Shown: positions 42,791 through 53,064, numbered from the stretch's first letter. The stretch is DNA of 64,000 nt from an uncultured candidatus Porisulfidus sp. (GCA_965215125.1 OZ244052.1:1088001-1152000); one strand, 5' to 3'. The notes: a model not told the origin generated them from the sequence alone. A program made the numbers and translations.

Positions 42791-42889
42791 CTATCTAGAC
42801 GCCACTATGAAATAAAAACCGATATAAATGGCTACCGCTATCAATGCAAAGGTAATTGCGGTCAGTTTGACATTCGCTCTCTTGGACAC
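42791..42889 (-). CDS. 32-aa single-TM protein between coxA and ctaG
   Basis: Manual translation (GTG start) MSKRANVKLTAITFALIAVAIYIGFYFIVASR; not in the ORF track. Confidence 0.7.
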   Translation of the reverse strand: MSKRANVKLTAITFALIAVAIYIGFYFIVASR

Positions 42890-42897
42890 CGGCAGGA

Positions 42898-44472
42898 CTA
42901 TTTGACAACGGGCGGAGTCGTAAACGAGTGGTACGGCGGCGGCGATGCCAGCGTCCATTCAAGCCCTTCGGCACCTTCCCAAACCTCGTTGGTTGCTTTC
43001 TTACCGGCACGTATCGTTGCAAGCACGATATATAAGAACAATATCTGCGCCAAACCAAAGCCGAATGCACCGATGCTTGCGAGCATATTGTAATCGGCAA
43101 ATTGCAAGTTATAGTCGGGTATACGACGGGGCATGCCGGCAAGACCGACGAAGTGCATCGGGAAAAATGTCAAGTTGACAAAAATCGTCGACAACCAAAA
43201 ATGCCACTTGCCGAGTGTCTCGTTATACATGTGTCCGGTCCATTTCGGCAACCAGTAATAAACCGCTGCCATAATCGCAAAGATCGACCCGGGAACCAGC
43301 ACATAATGGAAATGTGCAACGACGAAATAAGTGTCGTGATACTGATAATCGGCAGGCGTTATTGCCAGCATCAATCCCGAGAAGCCTCCAATCGTGAACA
43401 TCACGATAAAGCCTATCGCAAACAGCATCGGCGTCTCGAATGTCATCGCGCCCCGCCACATGGTTGCCACCCAGTTGAAAATTTTCACCCCGGTCGGTAT
43501 TGCGATAAGCATCGTAGACAGCATAAAGAATAGTTGTCCGGCAAGCGGCATCCCGACGGTGAACATGTGGTGCGCCCAAACGATAAACGACAGAAATGCG
43601 ATCGATGCCGTCGCATAAACCATTGAATTATAACCGAACAGAGGCTTTCTGGAAAAAGTCGGCAGGATACTCGAGATAACGCCGAACGACGGTAAAATCA
43701 AAATGTAAACCTCGGGGTGTCCGAAAAACCAGAATATATGCTGAAACATCACCGGGTCGCCGCCGCCGGCAGCATTAAAGAAGCTGGTGCCGAAGAATTT
43801 ATCGGTCAGCAACATGGTAACCCCACCAGCCAACACCGGCATCACGGCGATCAATAAGTACGCGGTAATCATCCATGTCCACACAAACAACGGCATTTTC
43901 ATCAGCGTCATGCCCGGCGCGCGCATATTCAGAATCGTCGCAATTACATTGATTGCACCCATGATCGAAGACATTCCCATAAGGTGTATCGCAAAGATGA
44001 CTAACGGCAATGCCGCCCCGGTCTGCAAGGTGAGCGGTGGATAGAGCGTCCAGCCGCCGGCCGGTGCGCCCCCCGGCACGAATAGGGTTGCGAGCAACAT
44101 TGAAAACGCAAACGGCAAAATCCAAAAACTCCAGTTATTCAGCCTCGGCAGTGCCATATCGGTGCCGCCGACCATCATCGGAATCAGCCAGTTCGCCAAG
44201 CCGGTGAACGCCGGCATCACAACACCGAAAATCATGACCAGTGCGTGCATCGTAGTCATAGAATTAAAAAATTGTGGGTCTACGACTTGCAAGCCCGGTT
44301 CGAATAATTCGGCGCGTATAATCATTGCCATTGCGCCGCCGATGAAAAACATAATCATCGCAAACCACAAATACAAAGTACCTATGTCTTTGTGGTTTGT
44401 CGTAAAAAGCCAGCGTTTGATGCCCGAGTCGGGTTCGGCGTGGTGGTGGGCGTCGGCTGTTAATGTACTCAT
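42898..44472 (-). CDS. coxA: Cytochrome c oxidase subunit I
   Basis: TTNHKDIG, WFFGHPEVY, VWAHHMF, VAHFHY. Confidence 0.98.
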   Translation of the reverse strand: MSTLTADAHHHAEPDSGIKRWLFTTNHKDIGTLYLWFAMIMFFIGGAMAMIIRAELFEPGLQVVDPQFFNSMTTMHALVMIFGVVMPAFTGLANWLIPMMVGGTDMALPRLNNWSFWILPFAFSMLLATLFVPGGAPAGGWTLYPPLTLQTGAALPLVIFAIHLMGMSSIMGAINVIATILNMRAPGMTLMKMPLFVWTWMITAYLLIAVMPVLAGGVTMLLTDKFFGTSFFNAAGGGDPVMFQHIFWFFGHPEVYILILPSFGVISSILPTFSRKPLFGYNSMVYATASIAFLSFIVWAHHMFTVGMPLAGQLFFMLSTMLIAIPTGVKIFNWVATMWRGAMTFETPMLFAIGFIVMFTIGGFSGLMLAITPADYQYHDTYFVVAHFHYVLVPGSIFAIMAAVYYWLPKWTGHMYNETLGKWHFWLSTIFVNLTFFPMHFVGLAGMPRRIPDYNLQFADYNMLASIGAFGFGLAQILFLYIVLATIRAGKKATNEVWEGAEGLEWTLASPPPYHSFTTPPVVK

Positions 44473-44503
44473 ATCTATAAACTCCTGTTTTACTATAGTT
44501 GGC

Positions 44504-45304
44504 TTATCGCTGTGCGGTCTGTTGCGGCACAGCAGTCTGTTCCTGTATCCATTGTCGGTATTGATCTTCGTCTACCGCTCGCACGACAATCGGCATAAAC
44601 GCGTGATCGCGCCCGCATAACTCTGCGCATTGACCGCGATACACGCCGGGCTTTTCTATTTTAGCCCAAGATTCATTGATGAAACCGGGGATGGCATCTT
44701 TCTTAACGGCAAGGTCGGGCACCCACCAAGCGTGCAGAACATCGTTTGAGGTAATCAAGAAACGTACTTTTTTACCTACCGGTAATACGAGCTCGTTGTT
44801 CACTTCGAGCAGATAATTTTCTCCCTTATCCTGCATGTTATAAACCTGCTCGCGCGGGGTTGCAAGTTTGCTATAGAAAGCCAAGTTCTCGTCCAAATAA
44901 TCGTAGTGCCACATCCACTGATAACCGGTAATTTTAACCGTCAAATCGGCTGCCGAAGTATCCTCCATTTCTATCAGGACTTTTGTTGCCGGAATTGCCA
45001 TCCCGATGAGTATCGCCAACGGCACCAAAGTCCATATAATCTCTGCGGTGGTGCTCTCGTGGAATTGTGCTGCCTTATGTCCTGCCGACTTGCGGTGTTT
45101 GATCATCGAAATAATCATCACACCGAATACGACAACCCCGATGGCAACACAGATCCAAAAAATCAGCATGTGCAAATCAAAGACTTTGGAACTGATGTCG
45201 GTTACGCCGACGGGCATGTTATACGGCTGTAATTGAGCCACGGCACTCGCCGGCAACATTGCCCAGCAAGCGATTAGGGATATTGTGATTACTTTCTGTA
45301 TCAT
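44504..45304 (-). CDS. coxB: Cytochrome c oxidase subunit II
   Basis: CuA ligands DVLHAW..GQCAELCGRDHAFM. Confidence 0.97.
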   Translation of the reverse strand: MIQKVITISLIACWAMLPASAVAQLQPYNMPVGVTDISSKVFDLHMLIFWICVAIGVVVFGVMIISMIKHRKSAGHKAAQFHESTTAEIIWTLVPLAILIGMAIPATKVLIEMEDTSAADLTVKITGYQWMWHYDYLDENLAFYSKLATPREQVYNMQDKGENYLLEVNNELVLPVGKKVRFLITSNDVLHAWWVPDLAVKKDAIPGFINESWAKIEKPGVYRGQCAELCGRDHAFMPIVVRAVDEDQYRQWIQEQTAVPQQTAQR

Positions 45305-45316
45305 TTAGAGTCCTCT

Positions 45317-45769
45317 CTATGGTCTGTTCTGAATTGATTGATTGATTGCGCTTGCCAGTTTAACTTTTTCACGGTCATCCAAGAATGACCCTATTTCAAC
45401 TTTTTCTCTATTTCCTTCCAACCATAATTGTCGTCTTTGTGTTATCGTCTTCGGCGAAAGAACGGTTGCGCGCGTCCATGCTTTAGGAAAGCTACGACTT
45501 GATTGCTTTCGGTTTTGTTGGCGAACATCGAGTGAAACCTCTTTATCGGATACGGTGATCGTCTCAACGCGAGAGAGTTTGTTTATGCACCAATATAATC
45601 CGAGTCCCAAAGCCAACATTTCAATGCCGGCAAAAGGAATAATCAACCACAATCCTTGCCAAGCAAAAGCGAACGCAATCGCAAAAGAAATGCAAAGCAA
45701 TGTCAAGAAAAATATTTGATTGCCGCGCTTTGATAAAGATTGGTTTTGATAAATAGTAAATCTAGCCAC
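45317..45769 (-). CDS. DUF2244-like membrane protein
   Basis: NQSLS, PFAGIE, VEIGSFL; upstream of coxB. Confidence 0.8.
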   Translation of the reverse strand: MARFTIYQNQSLSKRGNQIFFLTLLCISFAIAFAFAWQGLWLIIPFAGIEMLALGLGLYWCINKLSRVETITVSDKEVSLDVRQQNRKQSSRSFPKAWTRATVLSPKTITQRRQLWLEGNREKVEIGSFLDDREKVKLASAINQSIQNRP

Positions 45770-46086
45770 CTAACTCTCTATATATTAAATGGCGATTATA
45801 ACATGCGCGACATGTTTTTCGGTTTGACTTTGATACAAGACAACAGACACCATAAAGTTTTATACTCTTTGAGATATGACGTGTCCGGATACACAATCTC
45901 GCTTTGTGAGATAGATGGCTCGTCACCAAAGTGCTCCGACACCGGTTTGTGCTTTAAGCCGATGATATAAACAAGCACTTACAGGACTCTCTAAAAGACC
46001 TTTCTCTTTTTATATATTTTAGCAAATTATTTCGTCTATCTAACGCTATTTACTTCTAAAATCTTTTATGTTCGTTGAAATTCATA

Positions 46087-47208
46087 TTATTTTATTCTCG
46101 TATAAATTCCATTTTCTTCCACCACACAGCTTTCTACTTCTAATGTAAGTAGTGCAACGGAAACAGTTTGCGCCGGCAGACGACATCGCATAGCAAGTGT
46201 ATCTACATCAACCGGATCATAGCCCATGGCTTGTAGTACCTCTTCGTGAGTATTACTTAATTTTGCCCGATGATGTTCCGGTTCGTCGCGATCATCGTTT
46301 GGGGTTTTACTCTCTTCTTTTTTTCGCAAATGTTGCTCAAGTTGTGGTTTTAGTTCTAGCAATATCTCTTCGGTCTTTTGTACTAGTTTGGCACCTTGTT
46401 GAATCAGGTGATGACAACCTTGCGCCTTAGGGTTATGAATAGAACCCGGCACCGCAAAAACATCCTTGCCTTGCTCTGCTGCCAGCCTTGCAGTAATTAA
46501 TGCGCCACTTTGCACGCTTGCTTCTATAACAACAACGCCTAAGGATAACGCACTAATCAGACGATTGCGACGAGGAAAATTGGCACGAACGGGCGTGGTC
46601 CCGACAGGAAATTCCGACACCAATACGCCCTGCTGGGCAATATGCTCGGCTAATCGCTTATTCTTTGCCGGATAAATTTTGTCGGGACCTGTAGCAATAA
46701 CTGCCACGGTCGTACTTCCGCTTGCTAGTGCTGTCTCGTGCGCAATAGTGTCAATGCCTAATGCCATCCCACTGTTAATCAAAAGGCCTGCTTTTGCGAT
46801 ATCTCGTGAAAACTCCTTGGCGTTTGTCTGTCCCCCCGGTGTTGGTTGACGAGAACCGACAACGGCAATTTGAGGTTCTTTTAACAAATTTTCATTCCCT
46901 TTAATAAAAAGCAGCGGAGGGGCATCCTTTAATTCTTTGATTCCTTCGGGGTATTGCCGACAATGGAGCGTTCGGATTGTGTGATTTGGTGTTTCCATCC
47001 ATTTAAGATTTGAGTCTATTTTGTCGGGTAGTGGGTTCCTTAAGAAACGGATTGTTTTTTCGTCAAGTTCCGCTTTGTGTAACTCGTGCTGCTTCGCTTT
47101 AATGATATCTTCGGGTGGGCCGATTTGATTAAGAAGTTTATGGAGTTTTATGAGGCCTATTCCCGGTGCTTGGCTGACGGTGAGCCACGCTTCTATCTTT
47201 ATATTCAT
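46087..47208 (-). CDS. dprA: DNA-processing protein DprA
   Basis: AVVGSR, SGMALGID, NFPRRNRLIS, SGALITA, FAVPGSI. Confidence 0.96.
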   Translation of the reverse strand: MNIKIEAWLTVSQAPGIGLIKLHKLLNQIGPPEDIIKAKQHELHKAELDEKTIRFLRNPLPDKIDSNLKWMETPNHTIRTLHCRQYPEGIKELKDAPPLLFIKGNENLLKEPQIAVVGSRQPTPGGQTNAKEFSRDIAKAGLLINSGMALGIDTIAHETALASGSTTVAVIATGPDKIYPAKNKRLAEHIAQQGVLVSEFPVGTTPVRANFPRRNRLISALSLGVVVIEASVQSGALITARLAAEQGKDVFAVPGSIHNPKAQGCHHLIQQGAKLVQKTEEILLELKPQLEQHLRKKEESKTPNDDRDEPEHHRAKLSNTHEEVLQAMGYDPVDVDTLAMRCRLPAQTVSVALLTLEVESCVVEENGIYTRIK

Positions 47209-47241
47209 CCGCTTGCCGGAATTTTATCCCAAAAGCGATAT

Positions 47242-47257
47242 TGTTTCACATGAAACA
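47242..47257. promoter_or_regulatory. parS site 1
   Basis: TGTTTCACATGAAACA, one mismatch to TGTTTCACGTGAAACA. Confidence 0.88.
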
Positions 47258-47293
47258 CTGACGTGTTATAGGGTTTTGACTATCGGGGAGATT

Positions 47294-47309
47294 TGTTTCC
47301 CGTGAAACA
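47294..47309. promoter_or_regulatory. parS site 2
   Basis: TGTTTCCCGTGAAACA, one mismatch to the consensus. Confidence 0.88.
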
Positions 47310-47345
47310 ATGGGGCATTTAGGTTGCTTTGTCTTTCTATCTAGC

Positions 47346-48455
47346 TTAGAGACGCAATGGCATGACGATATACTCGTCCGCACCCGACCCTTCACCGATA
47401 ATTCTTGTTCCACTGCTGGCATCTCTCATTTGTAAGCGAATCTTCTCCGTATCTAATGTTTTCATAACATCCTGCAAATATCGGGAGTTGAAGCTAATCT
47501 CAAAATCATCTCCTGTATACTCAACATTTTGCTTTATGTTTGCCTCTTCGCCGTCCGAATTACTGCTTTTAACCAGCAGTTCTTTCTTTGAAAAAGCAAG
47601 GCTTACATGCGCACCTTCATCCAATAATGACGACGCAGATATTGCCGAGGCACGTTGTAGCGTACTTAGAAACTCTTGGCGATCTAAAACGATTTCTACC
47701 AAAAATTCTTTTGGTATTACTTTTTTATATTCGGGAAATTGCCCGTTTAACCCTTTTGCAGAAATTTGAATACTTTGAAGAGATACAACAATTTTTTGCG
47801 CACTAATGCTAACTTCAGCAATATCTTTGGTGTCCGATAAAAGTCTCTTAATCTCGGAAACAATCTCCCGTGGCAGAATTCCTTCCGTTTTGTCTTTGCT
47901 AGATATCTCTAAAGAACTTAAAGCAAGCCTGTGACTATCGGTTGCAACGGCACAAAGCTTACTATCATCCAAAGAAAAAAATAGTCCATTTAAGTAATGC
48001 CTTGGATCTTGAGAAGCCATACAAAAGTCGGTTTTTTCCAATAGATATTTTAAGTCTCGTTCTGCTATTTCAATAACACCCTTTTCATCCGGCGAATCCA
48101 TGAGTGGAAATTCTTCGGCAGGCAGACTTTTTAATTGATACTTTCCTCCTTCACAAGCAACTGTAACAGAATTATCTTTGAAAAGCATGGAAATGTTACT
48201 ATCCTCTGGGAAATTCCTAGATATTTCAAATATTTTTGAAACAGCAATAAGTTTTTTTTCGGGTTTCTCTATTGAGAGTTCCTCGGTAAAGCATCGTATT
48301 TGTGCTTCAGGCCCTTGTGTGAAAAAAAAGCATCCGTTATCGGAGGGAGAGATTAGAACCATACTTTGTGTTGGAAAGGTTGGACGCGAAGGAATGACCC
48401 CTTTAACGGAGGAAAGTATAGATAAAAGTTTTTTATTTTGTACAGTTATTTTCAT
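47346..48455 (-). CDS. dnaN: DNA polymerase III beta clamp
   Basis: DPRHYLNG, VATDSHRLA, FPEYKKVIP, YIVMPLRL; downstream of dnaA. Confidence 0.95.
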   Translation of the reverse strand: MKITVQNKKLLSILSSVKGVIPSRPTFPTQSMVLISPSDNGCFFFTQGPEAQIRCFTEELSIEKPEKKLIAVSKIFEISRNFPEDSNISMLFKDNSVTVACEGGKYQLKSLPAEEFPLMDSPDEKGVIEIAERDLKYLLEKTDFCMASQDPRHYLNGLFFSLDDSKLCAVATDSHRLALSSLEISSKDKTEGILPREIVSEIKRLLSDTKDIAEVSISAQKIVVSLQSIQISAKGLNGQFPEYKKVIPKEFLVEIVLDRQEFLSTLQRASAISASSLLDEGAHVSLAFSKKELLVKSSNSDGEEANIKQNVEYTGDDFEISFNSRYLQDVMKTLDTEKIRLQMRDASSGTRIIGEGSGADEYIVMPLRL

Positions 48456-48645
48456 ACTATTATAATATTTAATTAATCTATTTGTAGTTGTAGGTTATCC
48501 TTGTTTCTGTGGATATCTCTAAATTTTGTTGTGCCTATTATCTTTTATTTAAAGTTATCCTGTTAATTATCGCTTATTTCGTTTGTTATTCAATGGTTTG
48601 TATATAGATATCCCCAATGTACTCACTGTTTATTGTTTGTTTTAT
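48456..48645. other. Candidate oriC in the dnaA-dnaN spacer
   Basis: 190-bp AT-rich spacer; TGTGGATAT (48508-48516) plus weaker boxes; CTACAACTAC then an AT-rich run on the minus strand. Confidence 0.55.
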
Positions 48646-49926
48646 TCAGTAGTTCAAAATTCTTAATAAAGTTTTATAGGCTTGTTTTACATTTGGATCG
48701 CTTTCTTTTAGTTTTTTTATTGTCTTGCAAGCATGAAGCACTGTCGTGTGATCTCGCCTTCCGAAGGCTTTTCCAATTTCAGGCAGGCTCCGGTTTGTTA
48801 GTTCCTTAGAAAGCAGCATAGCCATTTGTCTAGGTCTAACAACGGAACGATTACGGCGGTTTGATAACAAATCGTTCTGTTGTATGTTGTAGTATTCCGA
48901 TGTTACCTTTTGAATGTTTTCTATCGTGAGTTGCCGGTTGTTGGCGGCAATCAAATCCTTTAGTATTTCCTTTACATAGGGCACTGTTGCCGGTTTTTTA
49001 GTAATTCCAATGGTTACTTGTATTCGTTTCAAGGCACCTTCTAGTTCTCGGATGTTGGATCGTATCTGTTGTGCGATGAAGAACGAAACCTCTTCGGAAA
49101 GCCCGAGCTTGTAAAGTTTGGATTTACTTAAAATGATGGCCGCGCGAGTTTCGAGTTCCGGTGGGTCTATTATTTGGGTTAAGCCGGAACTGAAACGTGA
49201 CTTAAGGCGATCTTCTAGCCGGTCTATTTCTTTGGGATAACGATCACAGGTCATTACAATTTGACTTTTGCTACTGAACAGTTGGTTGAAAGTGTGAAAA
49301 AACTCTTCTTGGCTTTGCTCTTTACCGGCAAAGAATTGAACATCGTCCATCAGTAGCACATCAAGACCTCTGTAATAACGACTAAACTTATTCATGTTTC
49401 CGGAGCGTAATGCTTCAACCATGTCCGAGACAAACTGTTCTGAGTGTAAATAGCGGACACGTTTTTCCGGAAAATTTCGGCTAATGGTATTCCCGATGGC
49501 GTGAAGTAAATGTGTTTTACCTAATCCGACGCTACTGTATATGAGAAACGGGTTGTACGAAACACCCGGCTGCGCTGCGACTTGCTCCGCCGCTGCGCGT
49601 GCCAACCGGTTTGATTTTCCTTCTATAAAATTATCGAAAATCTGATCCTTATTAATGAAGCTAACTAATTGATTTTTCAATCTTTCTCTGCGTTCCAAAC
49701 TAATCTCAGGTGGTGGATTGTTGTGGTTTTGTGCAAGAGTAAAAAGGACTTGACGTATATGTTCTAAATAAATTGTGCTGACTTTTTCGTGTAGCAATTT
49801 ATTTGGTGCGGAAAGTTTTATTTGATTTTTTGTTATCTCCACAGCCAACGGCCGTATCCATCTGTTGATATCCTCTTCCGGAAGAAGGTGTTCTAGTTCT
49901 TTGATGCAAGCGTGCCAGAGTTTCAT
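48646..49926 (-). CDS. dnaA: Chromosomal replication initiator DnaA
   Basis: YNPFLIY..GLGKTHL, DDVQF, EEFFHTFN, SLPEIG, RDHTTVLHA. Confidence 0.98.
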   Translation of the reverse strand: MKLWHACIKELEHLLPEEDINRWIRPLAVEITKNQIKLSAPNKLLHEKVSTIYLEHIRQVLFTLAQNHNNPPPEISLERRERLKNQLVSFINKDQIFDNFIEGKSNRLARAAAEQVAAQPGVSYNPFLIYSSVGLGKTHLLHAIGNTISRNFPEKRVRYLHSEQFVSDMVEALRSGNMNKFSRYYRGLDVLLMDDVQFFAGKEQSQEEFFHTFNQLFSSKSQIVMTCDRYPKEIDRLEDRLKSRFSSGLTQIIDPPELETRAAIILSKSKLYKLGLSEEVSFFIAQQIRSNIRELEGALKRIQVTIGITKKPATVPYVKEILKDLIAANNRQLTIENIQKVTSEYYNIQQNDLLSNRRNRSVVRPRQMAMLLSKELTNRSLPEIGKAFGRRDHTTVLHACKTIKKLKESDPNVKQAYKTLLRILNY

Positions 49927-50138
49927 AAAATAGTTTCCTTATACTTAGTGTTGATTCTAAAAATCCGAGACAAATTATATTAGCATAGCTTAGCCATAAA
50001 GTTATAATAATTGTAGTCACTTGATAAGTCTCTAAATTTATAGAGGAAATTTATCTATAATAGCTATAGACGTACCATACAACTTAACAAGTGAAAAAAT
50101 AAGCGCAATAACCGAAAAATTTATTTGGATGCTAAACG

Positions 50139-51200
50139 ATGGTAGAGCAAAAATTAAGAGACGATAAATATCTCGTCTTCTCGATGACACAATGTAAATC
50201 CGGGATAGGACCGATACTTAAAGCCCTAAATGTTGTTTTCATGGAAGCCTTTGACTTAGGTAGAATACCGGTAGTCGGTAGATTTGCCGTGCGCTCCGAG
50301 TACAATTTTTATTCCAGAAGGGATGACTTTAAGTTTGAAGATTATCTAAACTTGTCTGAAGGCACGATCCGGCCGATCGATAAAGTGGACAGTATTGTAA
50401 AAAACGGTCAGAAATGGCTTAGAGAGGAGGATTTTGATATAGATCATTATGCCTCGGACAAAATACTTGATGTCGGTGATGAAGTTATCTCAGATGAGAT
50501 GAATAAAAGTTATGATGTGATCGTTAGAAGAGACCCGACGCCCCAATACGCTAAAGACTATGCTAAAAAGAAACCGGCTTTTTTACTAGACTTTCCGTAC
50601 TCGGAAAAGATAAACGAGCTGACCGACATAGTGCTCAAAACGATAGGAACGTCTAGAGAAAGTGCGCTCGCCGGGCAGTACTATTTTTGGGATAAGGTTG
50701 GCACGATGAGATCTTGCTTTGACGAGAAAACCAAGGCACGTGGAAGCAGTATCAGCTTAAGGGATGCATATTATGCTTGTATGCATGTGGGAAACAAAAA
50801 AAATTATTCTCCGAAAGAAGCAAGAGTGCGCCAGTTTGCATTTTCCTCTAAACAGGTAAAAACACTACTTGGTTATGCGATTAGCAAGGGTTCAAAGCTC
50901 TATATCATGTCCACGATACGGAACCCCCACTACTTTGATTTCTTAAAAGAAGATTATTGTGTTTATCGCTATCACGACTTCCCTGAATTAACACGGTTGG
51001 TCTCCGGCGAACAAGGATCGGCTGTTGATAATGTAATGCTTTATTTGGTTGAAAAGAATATTATGCGGCATGCGACAGTGAAGATTATCCCGCCTCGCAA
51101 AGGTATGATGATGTACCACTTAAACGAAGTTTATGATCTCTCTTTACTAAAGAATCCTCCCAAGCCAAAAGAGGAAAAACAACCCTCCGAGAATGGATAA
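50139..51200 (+). CDS. Hypothetical protein, possibly of fucosyltransferase-like GT-B fold
   Basis: EAFDLGRIPV, YACMHV, KLYIMS, LYLVEKNI pattern resembles O-fucosyltransferase-like proteins; overlaps folB. Confidence 0.5.
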   Translation: MVEQKLRDDKYLVFSMTQCKSGIGPILKALNVVFMEAFDLGRIPVVGRFAVRSEYNFYSRRDDFKFEDYLNLSEGTIRPIDKVDSIVKNGQKWLREEDFDIDHYASDKILDVGDEVISDEMNKSYDVIVRRDPTPQYAKDYAKKKPAFLLDFPYSEKINELTDIVLKTIGTSRESALAGQYYFWDKVGTMRSCFDEKTKARGSSISLRDAYYACMHVGNKKNYSPKEARVRQFAFSSKQVKTLLGYAISKGSKLYIMSTIRNPHYFDFLKEDYCVYRYHDFPELTRLVSGEQGSAVDNVMLYLVEKNIMRHATVKIIPPRKGMMMYHLNEVYDLSLLKNPPKPKEEKQPSENG

Positions 51201-51546
51201 AATATTTTTAACCGGACTTGAGGTGCAAACAACGATCGGCGTGTTTGAATGGGAACGGCAGATTCGCCAGAGTCTCCGCATTGATTTAGAGGCAACAACC
51301 GATGCCGCTAAAGCAGCCACCCGTGATCGCATAGACGATGCCTTGGACTATAAAGGTATTGCGAAGTATATACAAAACTTTGTCTCTAAGTCCGAGTATC
51401 GACTGATAGAAACCTTAAGCCATAATCTTGCAGAGGCATTGATGCAGACGTTTGACATTAAATGGTTGCGCCTTTGTCTCAACAAAACCGGGGCAATCCG
51501 CGGTGCCCAGAGTGTCGGTATTTCAATAGAGCGCGGCACGCAATAA
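51193..51546 (+). CDS. folB: Dihydroneopterin aldolase
   Basis: MDKIF..IGVFEWER, LDY, LIETL. Confidence 0.95.
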   Translation: MDKIFLTGLEVQTTIGVFEWERQIRQSLRIDLEATTDAAKAATRDRIDDALDYKGIAKYIQNFVSKSEYRLIETLSHNLAEALMQTFDIKWLRLCLNKTGAIRGAQSVGISIERGTQ

Positions 51547-51553
51547 CGTCTCA

Positions 51554-52045
51554 ATGTCTAGAGTGTTCGTCGGTGTCGGCACGAATATCAACAAAGCACA
51601 CAATCTTCGTTCGTGCTTTAGTACACTGCAACAGATATTTAGGAAGGTCGTAAAGTCGTCGGTATACCAATCCGCCGCCGTCGGTTTTGAAGGAGAAGAT
51701 TTTTATAATATGGTCGTTTCTTTCGAAACTACGCTGACTCCGAGCAATATAAACCGTATTTTTTTTGAAATAGAGAAGAAGCACGGTAGAAGGCGTGGCA
51801 AAAATCAATATGCCTCAAGAGAATTGGATTTGGACCAATTGCTTTACGATGATTTAATTGTTGATACGGATGAGGTTTATTTACCACACAAGGATCTGAG
51901 TAAATATAGTTACACACTCAAACCGATGGCGGAAATTGCCGGTGATTTGGTGCATCCGTTGATAGGAAAGTGTTTCTCGGAATTGTGGCACAATCTCGAT
52001 CGTCCGGCACCGATAACACATGTCCCGTTTGTGTGGGAGGTATAG
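51554..52045 (+). CDS. folK: 2-amino-4-hydroxy-6-hydroxymethyldihydropteridine diphosphokinase
   Basis: GVGTN, IEKKHGR, RELDLD, LPH. Confidence 0.93.
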   Translation: MSRVFVGVGTNINKAHNLRSCFSTLQQIFRKVVKSSVYQSAAVGFEGEDFYNMVVSFETTLTPSNINRIFFEIEKKHGRRRGKNQYASRELDLDQLLYDDLIVDTDEVYLPHKDLSKYSYTLKPMAEIAGDLVHPLIGKCFSELWHNLDRPAPITHVPFVWEV

Positions 52046-52326
52046 GGCTACCAATTGGCCTATCGGCTCGATCGGCAGTCTTTGTTTCTGTGAAAAGACT
52101 AAAAATTACACAAATTATTTCATTATAAAAGTATCGGATTTTTACACGTCAACCAAGTTACACTTTATGAGGACAAGCCATAGCTGTCCGACTTATTGGG
52201 CTATGTAAAGGTTCTGTTCACAGTTACGCCACTTGTTTTTGATATACGTATTGTTTTTAATGACCGTAGTATTTAGATTTCGTACGAGGTCACGCCACTT
52301 GCCCAACTGGAGCAAGTGGCGGATTA
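52041..52326. repeat. Mosaic of family B hairpins between convergent folK and the pteridine reductase gene
   Basis: CGCCACTTG..CAAGTGGCG at about 52293-52321; a half copy near 52225; 52165-52237 mirrors 15455-15530. Confidence 0.65.
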
Positions 52327-53064
52327 ATTATGTAAAGTACGACCACCGTCTACAATAATGGTTTGACCGGTGATGTAGTTCGCATCTCGCACCAAAAACA
52401 GCACGGCCGAGGCAATATCTTCGGGAAGTCCGGCTCGTTTGAGCATCGTGCGGTCTAGAACCTCTTGTTTTCTTTTATCGTTGTAATCGTTTTCGGGCCA
52501 AAGAATTGCACCCGGATAAACCGCATTGCATCGCACTCGGGGAGCCAGTTCTTTAGCCAGAGATTGGGTAATCATTGCCAATCCGGCCTTGCTTGCCGAG
52601 TAAACGGTGTGTTTTTTGAGCGGGCGGATTGCGTGTATATCGCCTATGTTGACAATGCATCCGCGCTGTTTGCTCAAGGCATCGGCAAGCGCACAACTTA
52701 AAAATAGCGGTGCTCTCATATTGATGTTGATTAGTTGTTGCCAATGCGCTTTGTCTAAGTTCCGAAGTTCCGTAGCATAAAAAGCCGAGGCGTTATTGAT
52801 CAGCACATCCAAGTATCCCCAACGACTTTGTGCCGATTGTGCGAGTTCTTCTATCGCTTGTAGTTCGGATAAGTCGGCAGCAAAGGAACAAGCCGAGTCG
52901 GGGTGTTGCGCATTTAGGTTGTTGACGATTTTTAGCGCGTCGGCTGCAGAGTGATGATAATGCAAGATCACCCGCATGCCGGCACGGTGTAGTGTTTTTG
53001 TAATCTGTGCGCCGATGCGCTTGGCGGCACCGGTGATTAGTACGACGGGTTGTTCATTTTTCAC
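52324..53064 (-). CDS. Pteridine reductase (FolM/PTR1-like SDR)
   Basis: TGAAKRIG, NNASAF, YSASK, VDGGR; near folBK. Confidence 0.88.
   Translation of the reverse strand: MKNEQPVVLITGAAKRIGAQITKTLHRAGMRVILHYHHSAADALKIVNNLNAQHPDSACSFAADLSELQAIEELAQSAQSRWGYLDVLINNASAFYATELRNLDKAHWQQLININMRAPLFLSCALADALSKQRGCIVNIGDIHAIRPLKKHTVYSASKAGLAMITQSLAKELAPRVRCNAVYPGAILWPENDYNDKRKQEVLDRTMLKRAGLPEDIASAVLFLVRDANYITGQTIIVDGGRTLHN

Noticed and set aside
45829-45842. FNR-like box TTGATACAAGACAA upstream of the cox operon
   Set aside because: The second half-site matches only 3 of 5 bases, too weak to call.
45740-45978. VSGY resembling a glycyl-radical loop, and short ORFs upstream of the cox operon
   Set aside because: The RVxG context and flanking domain are missing; most likely intergenic chance.
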